Shown piece by piece: positions 19,674 to 30,600 of a stretch of DNA of 64,000 bases. The stretch lies in assembly GCF_045601785.1 (NCBI RefSeq), contig NZ_JAZSAF010000048.1:729-64728 (forward strand), given 5' to 3'. The notes beneath the pieces are model-generated. The model had not been told where the DNA came from. It was given only the letters and a program-made list of their open reading frames with translations, and did no database searches. The translations under genes and the position numbers were made by a program. Within the stretch, counting starts at the first letter, position 1. Every line of letters starts with the position of its first letter. This stretch comes from Fibrobacter sp. GTDB taxonomy: Bacteria > Fibrobacterota > Fibrobacteria > Fibrobacterales > Fibrobacteraceae.

Positions 19674-21473
19674 ATGAAAGATTTCTCTGTTAAAGTTTCT
19701 TGCGCGGTTCTTGTTGCATCCGCGTTTCTATTTACAGCTTGTAACGAGTCCGGCGCATCCAAGGGCACAGCCTCTAAAAGTGCCGAGTTGAACTGCCCCG
19801 AACTCCCGCAAGACCCCGAAGCCACGGGTGAGTTCGACCCCATAGCCTCGAAGGACGCACGCCCCTGCGGAACGATTACCTTGTGGGGTTCCGCGATGCC
19901 GAAGTCATTCAACATGTGGGAAGACTACAACAGCTTCTCCGCCGAACTCATGGGCATGATGTTCGAGCCTCTCGTGAGTCTGCACTCCACCGAGGACCGC
20001 GAAGTGGGAATCCTTGCCGACAGCTGGAACGTGTCCGAAGACGGCAAGACGTTCACCTTCCACGTAGACAGCCGCGCCAAGTGGAGCGACGGCAAGGCGA
20101 TTACCGCCGAAGACGTGCAGTTCTACTACGACGTCATCATGGACGAGAAAAACCTCACGCCGATTTTCAAGGTGGGGCTCAGCCGCTTTGACCGCCCCGA
20201 AGTCGTGGACAGCCTTACCATCAAGATGACCGCGAAGGAGAGCCACTGGGGTAACTTCTGGGAGGCGGCGGGCATGCTCGCGTTCCCGAAGCACGCTTGG
20301 GCAGGTAAGGACTTCAACCAGATTCGCTATGAATTTCCGGTGGTCTCTGGTCCCTACATCATCAAGACCTTCCGCGAAGACCGCTACGTGGACCTCGTTC
20401 GCCGCGCCGACTGGTGGGGCTTCAAGAAGAACTGGAACCGCGGCAAGTACAACTTCCAGAAAATCCGCTACCGCTTCATGAACGACCAGACGAAGGCCCT
20501 CGAAGCCTTCAAGAAGCAGGATTTCAACGCCTACGCCATCTACACCAGCAGCATCTGGATGAAGCAGACCGACTTTGATGCTGTGAAGAAGGGCTGGGCG
20601 GTAAAGCAGCGCATTTTCAACAAGGAGCCCATTGGATTCCAGGGCATGGCCATCAACTTGCGCAAGCCGCAGTTCCAGGACGTTCGCGTTCGCCGCGCAC
20701 TTAGCATGCTCTTGAACCGCGAGACGATGAACGAGAAGTACATGTTCGGCCAGTACTTCCTCTTGAACAGCTACTACCCCGACTTGTGGGAAGGCAACAA
20801 GAACCCGACGGCGCCGCTCTACACGTTCAATCCGGATAGCGCCCGTGCGCTCTTTGCCGAGGCGGGCTACAAGGTGAACGGCCAGGGCGTGCTGGAAAAA
20901 GACGGGAAGCCCTTTGCCATCAACTTCATTACCAGCCAAGAAGACTTGCGCCACCTCACGCTGTTCCAGGAAGACCTGAAGAAGGTGGGCGTCGTGGCGA
21001 CCATCGAGCAGATGAGCCAGAGCACGCTCCGCAAGCGTCTGGACGATGCCGACTTCGACCTTTACTGGGTGAACTGGGGGGCGGGCCGCCTCCGTGACCC
21101 GGAAGCGAGCTGGCATTCTGCGACCGCTCTCCAGAAGGGCACGAACAACTTGGCTGGCGTGCAAGACAAGGTGGTCGATAGCTTAATCAACTTGCAGAAG
21201 ACGGAATTCGATTTAGCCAAGCGGAACGAAATCCTGAAGGCGCTCGATAACCGCCTCGCAGAAATCGTGCCCTACGTGCTCATGTGGCAGTGCGACCACC
21301 ACCGCATTCTCTACTGGAACCGCTACGGCACTCCTGCTGGTGTGCTGGACCGCTTCAACCGCGAGGACGCCATTCCTGTCTACTGGTGGCTCGACCCCAC
21401 GAAGTCCGCGGCCCTCGACAAGGCCATGAAGGCGGGGGAGAACCTGCCGGTTCCGGAATATGATATCAAGTAG
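19674..21473 (+). CDS. ABC transporter substrate-binding lipoprotein, family 5 (peptide/YejA-like)
   Basis: Lipobox LFTA-C; LADSWNVSEDGKTFTFH...AKWSDG..ITAEDV.F family-5 signature; SGPY. Confidence 0.88.
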   Translation: MKDFSVKVSCAVLVASAFLFTACNESGASKGTASKSAELNCPELPQDPEATGEFDPIASKDARPCGTITLWGSAMPKSFNMWEDYNSFSAELMGMMFEPLVSLHSTEDREVGILADSWNVSEDGKTFTFHVDSRAKWSDGKAITAEDVQFYYDVIMDEKNLTPIFKVGLSRFDRPEVVDSLTIKMTAKESHWGNFWEAAGMLAFPKHAWAGKDFNQIRYEFPVVSGPYIIKTFREDRYVDLVRRADWWGFKKNWNRGKYNFQKIRYRFMNDQTKALEAFKKQDFNAYAIYTSSIWMKQTDFDAVKKGWAVKQRIFNKEPIGFQGMAINLRKPQFQDVRVRRALSMLLNRETMNEKYMFGQYFLLNSYYPDLWEGNKNPTAPLYTFNPDSARALFAEAGYKVNGQGVLEKDGKPFAINFITSQEDLRHLTLFQEDLKKVGVVATIEQMSQSTLRKRLDDADFDLYWVNWGAGRLRDPEASWHSATALQKGTNNLAGVQDKVVDSLINLQKTEFDLAKRNEILKALDNRLAEIVPYVLMWQCDHHRILYWNRYGTPAGVLDRFNREDAIPVYWWLDPTKSAALDKAMKAGENLPVPEYDIK

Positions 21474-21489
21474 GTCGGCGCAATGCGCC

Positions 21490-21670
21490 TTTGAGGTGTG
21501 AGCGCGGGACAAAGTCCCTTTGAGGTCGCTTTGCTTTGAGAAAAAAAGAGCGTGCTGAAAATCAGCACGCCTCTCTTTTAAGCATTTTCGGTCTCATCTG
21601 AGAATGCTCTGCTCAATGCTCAGAGCGCTCTGCGCGACCTCAAAGCCTTGCTTACGCAAGGCGACCCGAT
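21490..21670. repeat. Intergenic composite palindrome, family 2, copy 3, enclosing a probable bidirectional terminator
   Basis: TGAGGTCGCTTTGCTTTGAG at 21521-21540; CTCAGAG..CGACCTCA at 21619-21642 and CTCAAAG-CCTTGC-TTAC-GCAAGG-CGACC; central A7-GAGCGTGCTGA/TCAGCACGC hairpin at 21541-21579 between convergent genes. Confidence 0.65.
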
Positions 21671-21676
21671 ACCTCT

Positions 21677-22474
21677 TTAGAAGAAGAATTCGGCACCGAC
21701 GCTGAGGCCAGTTGCGTCGCCGCCGATTTTACCACTGCGGACAATCAGCTTGCCCCAGATATCGAGCTGGTTCGGAATCACGAAGTAGTCTGCACCGAGC
21801 CAGATGTTAATCTGCTTGTGACCGTCGTCGTCGTCTCCGATTTCCTTCTTGCCGTCATCGTGGGTGCTTTCGGTAAGGCGGTACTTGATTTGCAGTCCGG
21901 CAAACGGAGTGACGCCCACGTTGGGAACGGTGTAGCCGATTTCGCCACCCAGGTGCAGGTCAAGGCCGCGTTCTTGGTTCTTGTGCTCAAAGCCCCAGTC
22001 GAGGCCGGCTTCGGTACCGAACTTGAGCCCCGGAACTTCGGTGACGGGCATGCTGAACTGGGCACCAAAGTAAAGGGCGAGTTCGCCGTTAGAAGGAGGC
22101 GTGACCGTATAGCCTTCGTTGTCGTCGTTACCGATAGGCAGGTTTAAGTCGAGGAATGCGGTGATCATGGGAGCGACTTCGTAGCGGCCGCCAAGGACCA
22201 GGTCGCGAAGGCCATCGCCGCCGTTCACGCAGCCGCTGCAGTCCGTTTCGCCCCAGAACTGGAAACCCCAGCTCTGTAAGGAAATTTCAAGCTTCGGAAT
22301 AATGCTGTAGCGGGCGCCCACCTTGAGGCCGGCCTGGGACCAATCATCGTCCCAGTCGTAGTAAAGTTCACCTTTGGCAGAACCCTTGCCGGCTTCGAGA
22401 ACCGGATAGTAGTCCCAGGTGGCAAATGCAGCGCTAGCGGTGAGCGCTGCGGCGAGTGCGATTTTCTTAAACAT
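21677..22474 (-). CDS. Putative outer-membrane beta-barrel protein
   Basis: Signal peptide MFKKIALAAALTASAAFA, alternating amphipathic strands and a C-terminal Phe (GAEFFF). Confidence 0.7.
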   Translation of the reverse strand: MFKKIALAAALTASAAFATWDYYPVLEAGKGSAKGELYYDWDDDWSQAGLKVGARYSIIPKLEISLQSWGFQFWGETDCSGCVNGGDGLRDLVLGGRYEVAPMITAFLDLNLPIGNDDNEGYTVTPPSNGELALYFGAQFSMPVTEVPGLKFGTEAGLDWGFEHKNQERGLDLHLGGEIGYTVPNVGVTPFAGLQIKYRLTESTHDDGKKEIGDDDDGHKQINIWLGADYFVIPNQLDIWGKLIVRSGKIGGDATGLSVGAEFFF

Positions 22475-22633
22475 TCCAGACTCCTTTGGGTTTTTCGCCA
22501 AATTTAGCAAATTTACCCATTTTTGCCTATCCCCGTGTTGTTCCACATCACAGTGACAACACTTTTTGATGCCCCGGATGTCTTTTTTTGAAAAATTTAC
22601 ATATCTTTAGAAGGTGAACGATTAGAGGGTTTT

Positions 22634-25600
22634 ATGAAGGCAAAATTAGGTTTGTGCTTGTTTGCTGTGCTACTGCTTAGCAGCATGGCTTTTGCCGTCA
22701 ATGGCAGCGGATATTATAACCTGATAACGGTCGTTCAAAATGGCGGTTTTAACCAGTCTTTGACGACAATGGTCTTGAGCCAGAGCAATGTTCCCTGTTC
22801 CGATACCGCGTGGAAACTGACATTCAATAATGTGGATTATACCAGCAACGGAAAGGGCGATGTCGGCTATACCTCGGGTTGGAACATCGGCATGTGGGGT
22901 GGTGGAATGACTTCGTTCACGCCCTCCGGAAAGTGCGTCTCCTCTGTAGAAGATACCCCAAAAAAGCTCCATGAGTTGCTCAAGAAGTCATGGGTAGACA
23001 ACAAGGAAATGAAAGGTGTCCCGCTGGAATTGGGCTCCGATATCGATTTGGGTGAGTACTCGGCCGAGACCGAGGCGGGTTCTTGCGACGTGAACCATGA
23101 ACCGCTCCCGATGATGGATTCCACGTCGTTCAGCGGCAACGGGTTTACGGTGAAGCACCTCTGCTATGCCGCCTCTTCCATGACAAAGCCGGTGGCCCTT
23201 TTCGAAAAGGTCGCCAATATCACCATAGAAAACATCAAGATGAACGGGGTGCGCATCTACATCGATGGTGAAAGTGGCGATGGCAAGGATTATTACCCGG
23301 TGGGCGCCCTGGTGGGTATGGTGAGCCTTGCGACCGTTCAAAATATTGAACTTGCAAACGATTCCATCCAGGCTCCGTTTGCGGGTGGCCTCGCGGGCTT
23401 TGTGAAAAACTCGACAATTTCGAACATTACCGGAAACGACGACATCTATATCACGAACAAGGTGACGATTACCGAGGGCTATGCCGGTTCTTCCGTGATG
23501 GATTCCGTTTCCGATCACAAGGTGTTCCTGGGAGGCATCGTGGGTGTGGCCTACCGTTCCGAACACGAAGATCCGACTTTTAGGCACGATTCCGTGAAGG
23601 TCGAAATCCACGATTTTGCATACGGACACAAGTCTGCATTGGGTGGCATTGCGGGGCTTTTCAGCACGACCGGTGAATCCGATACCAGCTTGTTCGTCTA
23701 TACGAAGGTCAAAGCCGAAGAAACGATTCCTTCTAGGATTTCGGGCGGCTCGTCGATGGGCGGCCTCTTTGGCGCGGTGGTTGTCTACAGTGAAAACGGT
23801 TCTCCGAAGGCAGGGGACTTCACGCTGATGCAGAGCCAGTTCGATGGACAAATCTACGATGCTTCGTCGCCCAATGTCATTGCCGTGGGTGGCCTTATTG
23901 GCCTCGATTCTGCAGTGGCGGGAATGTCCGTGAAAATCATGAACAGTTCTGCCAATGTGGACATGAAGGATTCCCTGAAGGTAGCGGGCCTCTACAGCTA
24001 TTATGCAGGCGGTATCCTGGGCTACGGCAGTTCTTGCGGTAGCGGCAGCGACAACGACAAGGACTTCTTCAGCATCACGGATGTGACATCGACGGGTTCC
24101 ATTGGATTGTCCGCATCGGGTAAGGCTGTCGAAGGGCTCCATGCGCAGGCTTATCTAGGCGGCGTCGCGGGGCGAGTCTGCTTGGCGCAGGCAAAGAACA
24201 TGGGCTTTGTGAATGTATCGTCTACCGTCGACATCAAGAGTCATGTCAAGACCGCTGTCGATGCGAATAGGCCCGAAAACGGCTCCGAATCGAGGGACAG
24301 TCTCTACGTGGGCGGCTTGATCGGATTCCTTCAGGTGGCAACCATCAAGACCGACATCTTGTCGAACCTGAGCTACGGTGGAAAGATCGATGTCGAAGAT
24401 AGCTTGAACTGTTCCGCCGTCGGTGGCATTGTTGGCGGATTCCCGCAGGCCTATGGTGGAAAGTCCGTGCATTTCAAGAATGTCCTTGTGAATAGCGACG
24501 ACTTGATTACCTACAAGGCTGTTGAAGGTTCCACTACCGCAACAACTCTTCAGACCGCTAAAATAGGCGGCTTGTGTGGTGTCTGCAACGAAATTACCGT
24601 CATAGAACGAGTCGGCATGACAGGCGACATCAAGGTGACCGGCAAGTATTCTGGCGACAGCCTTCTGGTTGGTGGCCTTGTCGGTTCGACCCATTCGGTC
24701 GAGAAGGTCTTTACCCTGAAGACATCCTTCGTAGTGGGGGATATCGCGGTTTCTGCAACGGCCAAGCAGAAAAAGGTGGGCTACCTTCTGGGAAGCGCCA
24801 TGTGGAATGGTGATTTCAATATACTGTCGAACTATCACTATGGTGAAAATGACTTGGATGTAGCACCGTTCGGCATGATAAGCAACGGGATGGACCTTAC
24901 GGCGGCCTGGGCTTCCAATGACAATATCCATTATGTTGTCAGGAACGGTGAAACGAAGACCCTTTCGGTAAACCAGAATGGCACCGAGGTGGCGGAAACG
25001 ATGCAGACTTCCAAGTTTGCCGGATTCTTGAACAAGGAAGTGCTTCCCCTCGTAGAAGGCTGGAGCTACAAGAAAGATGAAAACAGCGACTTGCCGATTT
25101 TTGCCGACGAATTGATCAACAAGCCTATAGAACCCGATGCGACGACCTTCGTGGTGACCTTCGTCGACATGATGGGAAAGACGGTTGACCTGCAGACGGT
25201 TAAGGAAAATTCGGCGGCAACCGCTCCCCAGAAAAGGGATATGCCTGTCTACGAAGGCTACACGTTCAACGACGAATGGGACAAGCCGTTCAACAAGATT
25301 ACATCGGACTTGACGGTGAAGGCTATCTATGACATCAACTACTATGGTGTCGAGTTCTTCGACTTCGATGGAAAGCGCCTGGGAGACTCCCTTGTCATCC
25401 AATATGCGACAAACGTGACACCCCCCGAGGTTCCGGAACGGACAGGTTATAATTTTGTGGGCTGGAGCGACTCTTCGTATCTCGAAGTCAAGAAGAACCT
25501 GAAGATCAATGCCGTCTACGAGGCGATAAAGTATAACATCGTGTTTAAGAACCTCGACGACGAGTTTGCGTATTCCATTGCCTATGGCGTGATGCCGCCT

Positions 25601-27580
25601 GAATTGACTGGCGTTACCCGCCCGGCTACGGCTGAATATGTCTATGAATTCGTCGGCTGGAAACCTGCTGTCGTGCCTGTCAACGGCGACGCGGTCTATA
25701 CGGCGGTATTTGATTCCGTGAAGGTCAAGTACGCGGTAACCTTCTGGAAAAACGCAGAGGAAATGATCGGTGATACGGTATGGGTGGAATACGGTGCCGC
25801 CGCGGTGGCGCCCAAGGCTCCTGAACGCGAAGGCTATGTGTTTGTGGAATGGGACCGCAACTTCGATGTCATTACCAAGAATACCGAAGTCATGGCACGC
25901 TACGAACGCATCCCGGAATCGTCCAGTTCCGAAATCGCCTCGAGTTCGTCGACTCCGGAAAATGTATCCAGCAGTTCCGAAACCCCGTCGAGTTCCGATG
26001 CGGAATCGAGTTCTTCGAGCAGTGCCGAGGAAAGTTCGTCTAGCGAACAGCCTGCTGAAAGTTCCTCTAGCGAAGGTGAACTCAAGCTGGTTTCTGCCCC
26101 CAAGATTGAGCAGTCCGGACATGCGGTGCAGCTCACGTTCAAGGCAGAAAATGTGACCTCTGCGACGAACGCCTATGTGAAAGTTATCGGTGAGTATGGG
26201 ACGATTGCCGATGACACGATTTCTGCGTCGGTCGTGAAGGGTGGCGTGTGGGAAATGGTGCCGGCTCCGATGGGCAAGTTCTCCGTGGAGCTTTCGCTGG
26301 ACGACCATGAGCACAAACCGGTCGTGTACAAGGACAGCTTCGAGGTTAATTCCGAAATTGAAGTCCGCGCCGAAAGCTGGCAGATGGTCTCGCTTGCGGC
26401 ACTCGCGAACAGCTCAGTGATGCGCGACGAAGATGCTAGCTTCTACTGGTGGGACGAGCAGAACCCGATTGGCGACTACTGGCAGTACCGCGCCTTTACC
26501 GGCGGCGACGTAGATTCCACCCGCGGATTCTGGTACGGCACGAAAGCGGGCAAACCCCTGGTGCTGCGCGAAGCGACCGGTAGCAAGGATTCCGAAATCG
26601 TCTGGGAACTCGACAGCCTGTACAGCGGCTGGAACCTGATGGCAAACCCCTACGGATGGTATGTGGACTTGACGAAGGGTAAAACCGATGACGGGAGCAA
26701 GGTGGTCTTTTGGCGCTGGGATCCAAACGTTGCAGATTATGTAACCCCGACGGTCATAGGCCCCTACGAGGCGGTTTGGGTAAAGGCGACACATGCGACG
26801 ACATGGCGCGTTTCTGCGGCACCGTACTTTGGAATTACCGAGAGTACCTCCGGTGCAAAGGCATTGAAGAAGTCCGCCCTGCGTAAGGTGGGAAATGCTC
26901 CGGGTAGCTTCTCCTTGGTGGCAGTCCTTGCTGACGAATACGGCAGGCAGGATTCCTGGAACGTGCTTGGTGCAGGCGACGAGGAACGCCTCGAAGAACC
27001 TCCTGCAGGCATGGGCAACAGGGTGTCGCTTGCTATCCGCGAAGAAGGCGTAGGCGGCAAGAAGGGTGCCTCCCTTGCAAAGAGCATTAAGGCGATTGCC
27101 GATGAATACAGCTGGTCGCTCGAAGTTTCTGCAAGCAGCGCCCGCGACGGTAAGCTTAGCTTCGAAGGGGTCTCCGAGCTCTTGAAGCTTGGGCTCAGGC
27201 TGTTCGTGACTGTAGACGGCAACACGACCGAGGTCACCAGCGAATCGCCTGTCCGCGTGGCTCTTGCAAAGTCGGTAAAAAGCGTAGATGTCCGCGTGGC
27301 CGCATCGAATGCAGTGGTTGCATCGAATAAGATTCGCGGATTGCGTTCTACGCAGCTGGGCGACCAGATGCAGGTGAGCTTCGACGCCCCTGAATCTGTG
27401 GCGGGTGCAAACGCAAGCTACGCCGTTGTTGGCATCGATGGCAAGCAGGTGGCTTCTGGACGCTTTAATGCGACGGCCGGTACGAACGCATTTGTGACGG
27501 CTGCTCCGAAGTCGGGAGTCTATTTTGTGAAAATCAAGGTGGGCGCTCAGAACATGACTGGCAAGGTACTTGTGAAGTAG
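22634..27580 (+). CDS. Giant secreted/surface protein (1648 aa): GGLxG-rich beta-repeat region, InlB-B/Flg_new-like repeats, Ser-rich linker, Trp-rich C-terminal module, sorting-like tail
   Basis: Signal peptide; repeated GGLxG/GGIVG; VTFxD...EGYTF.GWD repeats; ESSSS linker; KSGVYFVKIK tail. Confidence 0.75.
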   Translation: MKAKLGLCLFAVLLLSSMAFAVNGSGYYNLITVVQNGGFNQSLTTMVLSQSNVPCSDTAWKLTFNNVDYTSNGKGDVGYTSGWNIGMWGGGMTSFTPSGKCVSSVEDTPKKLHELLKKSWVDNKEMKGVPLELGSDIDLGEYSAETEAGSCDVNHEPLPMMDSTSFSGNGFTVKHLCYAASSMTKPVALFEKVANITIENIKMNGVRIYIDGESGDGKDYYPVGALVGMVSLATVQNIELANDSIQAPFAGGLAGFVKNSTISNITGNDDIYITNKVTITEGYAGSSVMDSVSDHKVFLGGIVGVAYRSEHEDPTFRHDSVKVEIHDFAYGHKSALGGIAGLFSTTGESDTSLFVYTKVKAEETIPSRISGGSSMGGLFGAVVVYSENGSPKAGDFTLMQSQFDGQIYDASSPNVIAVGGLIGLDSAVAGMSVKIMNSSANVDMKDSLKVAGLYSYYAGGILGYGSSCGSGSDNDKDFFSITDVTSTGSIGLSASGKAVEGLHAQAYLGGVAGRVCLAQAKNMGFVNVSSTVDIKSHVKTAVDANRPENGSESRDSLYVGGLIGFLQVATIKTDILSNLSYGGKIDVEDSLNCSAVGGIVGGFPQAYGGKSVHFKNVLVNSDDLITYKAVEGSTTATTLQTAKIGGLCGVCNEITVIERVGMTGDIKVTGKYSGDSLLVGGLVGSTHSVEKVFTLKTSFVVGDIAVSATAKQKKVGYLLGSAMWNGDFNILSNYHYGENDLDVAPFGMISNGMDLTAAWASNDNIHYVVRNGETKTLSVNQNGTEVAETMQTSKFAGFLNKEVLPLVEGWSYKKDENSDLPIFADELINKPIEPDATTFVVTFVDMMGKTVDLQTVKENSAATAPQKRDMPVYEGYTFNDEWDKPFNKITSDLTVKAIYDINYYGVEFFDFDGKRLGDSLVIQYATNVTPPEVPERTGYNFVGWSDSSYLEVKKNLKINAVYEAIKYNIVFKNLDDEFAYSIAYGVMPPELTGVTRPATAEYVYEFVGWKPAVVPVNGDAVYTAVFDSVKVKYAVTFWKNAEEMIGDTVWVEYGAAAVAPKAPEREGYVFVEWDRNFDVITKNTEVMARYERIPESSSSEIASSSSTPENVSSSSETPSSSDAESSSSSSAEESSSSEQPAESSSSEGELKLVSAPKIEQSGHAVQLTFKAENVTSATNAYVKVIGEYGTIADDTISASVVKGGVWEMVPAPMGKFSVELSLDDHEHKPVVYKDSFEVNSEIEVRAESWQMVSLAALANSSVMRDEDASFYWWDEQNPIGDYWQYRAFTGGDVDSTRGFWYGTKAGKPLVLREATGSKDSEIVWELDSLYSGWNLMANPYGWYVDLTKGKTDDGSKVVFWRWDPNVADYVTPTVIGPYEAVWVKATHATTWRVSAAPYFGITESTSGAKALKKSALRKVGNAPGSFSLVAVLADEYGRQDSWNVLGAGDEERLEEPPAGMGNRVSLAIREEGVGGKKGASLAKSIKAIADEYSWSLEVSASSARDGKLSFEGVSELLKLGLRLFVTVDGNTTEVTSESPVRVALAKSVKSVDVRVAASNAVVASNKIRGLRSTQLGDQMQVSFDAPESVAGANASYAVVGIDGKQVASGRFNATAGTNAFVTAAPKSGVYFVKIKVGAQNMTGKVLVK

Positions 27581-27616
27581 CGCACACTTCATAGCGTGAA
27601 TGTGTGACGGATGTCA

Positions 27617-27645
27617 AAAGGCGGACCCAGTTTCCGCCTTTTTTT
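27617..27645 (+). terminator. Rho-independent terminator between the two giant genes
   Basis: AAAAGGCGGA/TCCGCCTTTTTTT. Confidence 0.75.
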
Positions 27646-27699
27646 GATGTAAACGTCTGCTTTACCTTGTAAAATATTATTATTTACTTGTAAAGTGGA

Positions 27700-30600
27700 A
27701 TGGTGTATATGAAGAGAACAACTGAAATTCTTATTGCGGCGGTCCTACTTTTGGCCGGGACTGTTTTAGCCGAAATTAAACCTATCGGGTATAGGTGCGA
27801 AGCCCCGATGGATTATAATGACTACACCCTTGACTGCTCCATAAAGCAGTTTGCACAGGGTGAATCGACCGACGGCTATACGGTTAGTTCGACCTGGAAC
27901 GATTTTGCGTCCGGGTTCATGAGCTATGTTGGGGCTTCCGAGAGTGATCCGAACACCTGGTCGATTCGCGTTAAGTTCGATACCGACATCGATTTGGGTG
28001 GCTATTCAAAAAAGAAAGTCGCGTGCGAAGAGCCGTTTACTCCGATAGATCTCGTTTCGATTGATAATTCGAATAATAGTAATAGGCCTTTTGTTGTTGA
28101 TGGTGATGACCATACCATTAAGAACTTCTGCTATATCGCTGAGGGAGCTCATGCTTCTTTCTTTGGAACATTGAAGGCCGCTACTATAAAGAATCTAAAT
28201 TTTGAAAACGCCTATGTCGTAGCGAAAATGGACGATCCCCAAATGGCTCTTAATGCGGCGGTAGTCGTGAATGAAGCCGAAAATACTTCGTTTGAAAACG
28301 TGTCCGTTTCAAAATCCAAGGTGTACGGCTGGAATAGCGCCGCTGTAGCGTATGCTGCGAATGGTAATTCAAGGCTCTCGGATGTACGGGTGGACGATGT
28401 TCTTTTGGCCCTGAATGAAGAAAGCGCTGGTCCGCAGGTGTGGCATTTTTACGACAAAGTTTCTTACAGAGGCGGCGTGGTCGCCAATTTGTATGGACAA
28501 ACAAACATTTCCAATGTCTCGGTGTCGAAACTGGTCGTTCCGGATTCCGTTGCAAAAATCATGCAGAGAAATAATGCAAGTTATATCGGCGCGTCCTATG
28601 TCGGAGGAATTATCGGCTTAGCAAGCGTAAGTATGGATGGCTCGACGAGTTTTTCTCTTGAAGGCTGTACCGTATCTGCGGAATTGACCGGTTCCTCGGT
28701 AGGCGGGTTGATTGGCTCAGTATCACCGTATAGCATTACCCAAGGGTCCATTTTTGAAGTGGCGAATGCAGATGTGACTTTCAAGTCGGGAGACTACAGC
28801 GGAGCAAACCAAAATCGTTACCTGGGTGGACTTGTCGGAGCTTTGTCCTGGAGAAATGGTAGTGTACAGCTTTCGAAAAACAAGGTTGAGACCACCATCA
28901 AGAATACAAAGACGGAGGGCTCTGTAGGTTCTCGTCTTGGCGGTGTGGTTGGTGTCTATACGGGACTGGGTGGTGGCGAAGACGCTGTTGCGGATTTCAC
29001 TATAAATGAAAATGATGTCGCGGTGGATATCAGTTCGTCTGACACGGCACTTGCCGTGGGTGGAATTGTGGGCTATGCCTTGGTCAACGCCACTAATAGC
29101 ACTTTTGCCATTCGCAATTCGACTGTCAAACCGGTGAATCCGGGAAAGAATCCAAATGTGATTACGGCAACGGCTTCTAAGATGTACAATGTCCATGCAG
29201 CCTATGTTGTGGGCCGTGTTGACAATCCAAATTATACTGTAGAACTTCGAGGAAACCATGCCGAAGGCAATATCAAAATTGCAGCATCGACGGTGAAAAC
29301 GATGAGTGGAGTCGGTGCGATGGCGGGTATAGCGTACTGCTTGAATCTGTATGTGCGTTACAATACTTCTATAGGTGACTTGTCTGTCCCCATCGCAAAT
29401 GAGACTGCCGGTACGGATAGTGACTTTTTCCATGTCGGTTATGAAGTTGGTGAAATTCGGGCGCCATCATCTGCCCAAATGAATGTCGAGGACAATTACC
29501 ATTATGGCTTTAGTGATGAAAATGCTGGGTTGGCCGTTGGTTGGCTTGGTTTAGTAAATGGCGACCCGGTTACGCCGGATTTGTGGAAAACCCAGGCTGT
29601 CGATTATTACCGAATCTGGAACAATTACCGCAATGCCGTTAAAACGAAGTCGGCGAGCCTTGATGCCGAAGGGACGCTGGATGTAGGTGGCTCGGGTGCC
29701 ATTTATGTAGAAAACGAAAAAAAATGGCTGTACGATGGCGTGATCGATGGTGAAGAGATGAAGACACGCCTGTTTACTTATGTGCTGAATACAGCCTCTT
29801 CAAGTGGCGGAGAATGTGGTGTAAATGGTACGGTCTGCTGGGAAAATGAGCCGGACTCGTTGCCGAAGGTTTCGACCAATAGGACGGTGTACAAGGTTAC
29901 GATAGTGCTTGATGATATTTATGACAAGTTAACCGATGCCGACAAAAAATCCGTGAAAAAGTATTTGTATGAATCGGAAAAAGGTTCGTACCTTACCTAT
30001 TATACGGATAGATACCTTATGCTTGAACGTGAACATGTAAAACAGGTGTATGGTCTGAGTGTCGTTCACGGATTGTTTGAAGAAAATGCTGCAGCTGGAC
30101 CGGACTTGTCGGAAGGGAATGATGTGGATCTCTACAATTTCTCCACGATGCATGATGCCTATTTACGTGCTGCGGAAATCCCGTACGAGAATGTACACCT
30201 CGATGTGAATACGACGGCGACGGAAGTATTCTACGGCGTGGACTCCGAAGTGCCCGATAGCCTTGTGGTGCCGAATGGCAACAGACCCGTGTTTCTGCCG
30301 TCTCAAATTTATACGGCTGAAGCCTGCGTGATGGGCTGGGCCTTTAATGCCGATACTAACGATTATAAGTACCATGTGAAAGATCCGGGTAGTTTCTTAT
30401 ACCCCGACATCAATGCCGAAAAGACTTTGTATGCGGTGTGGAAGGATGCGGAAACCTGCCTTGGAAATTATGTCAGGGTGCGCCTAGGGGAATTTGAAAA
30501 CGGAACGATTGCCGTGGACGAATACCGCGACGGGACGAAGATGTATACGCACCGATTTGCCAAGGATTCCACGATGCTCTTGCCGTGGGACAATCCTGAA

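Noticed and set aside
25910-26075. Ser-rich repeat as a novel element
   Set aside because: Ordinary low-complexity SSSS linker of Fibrobacter secreted proteins.
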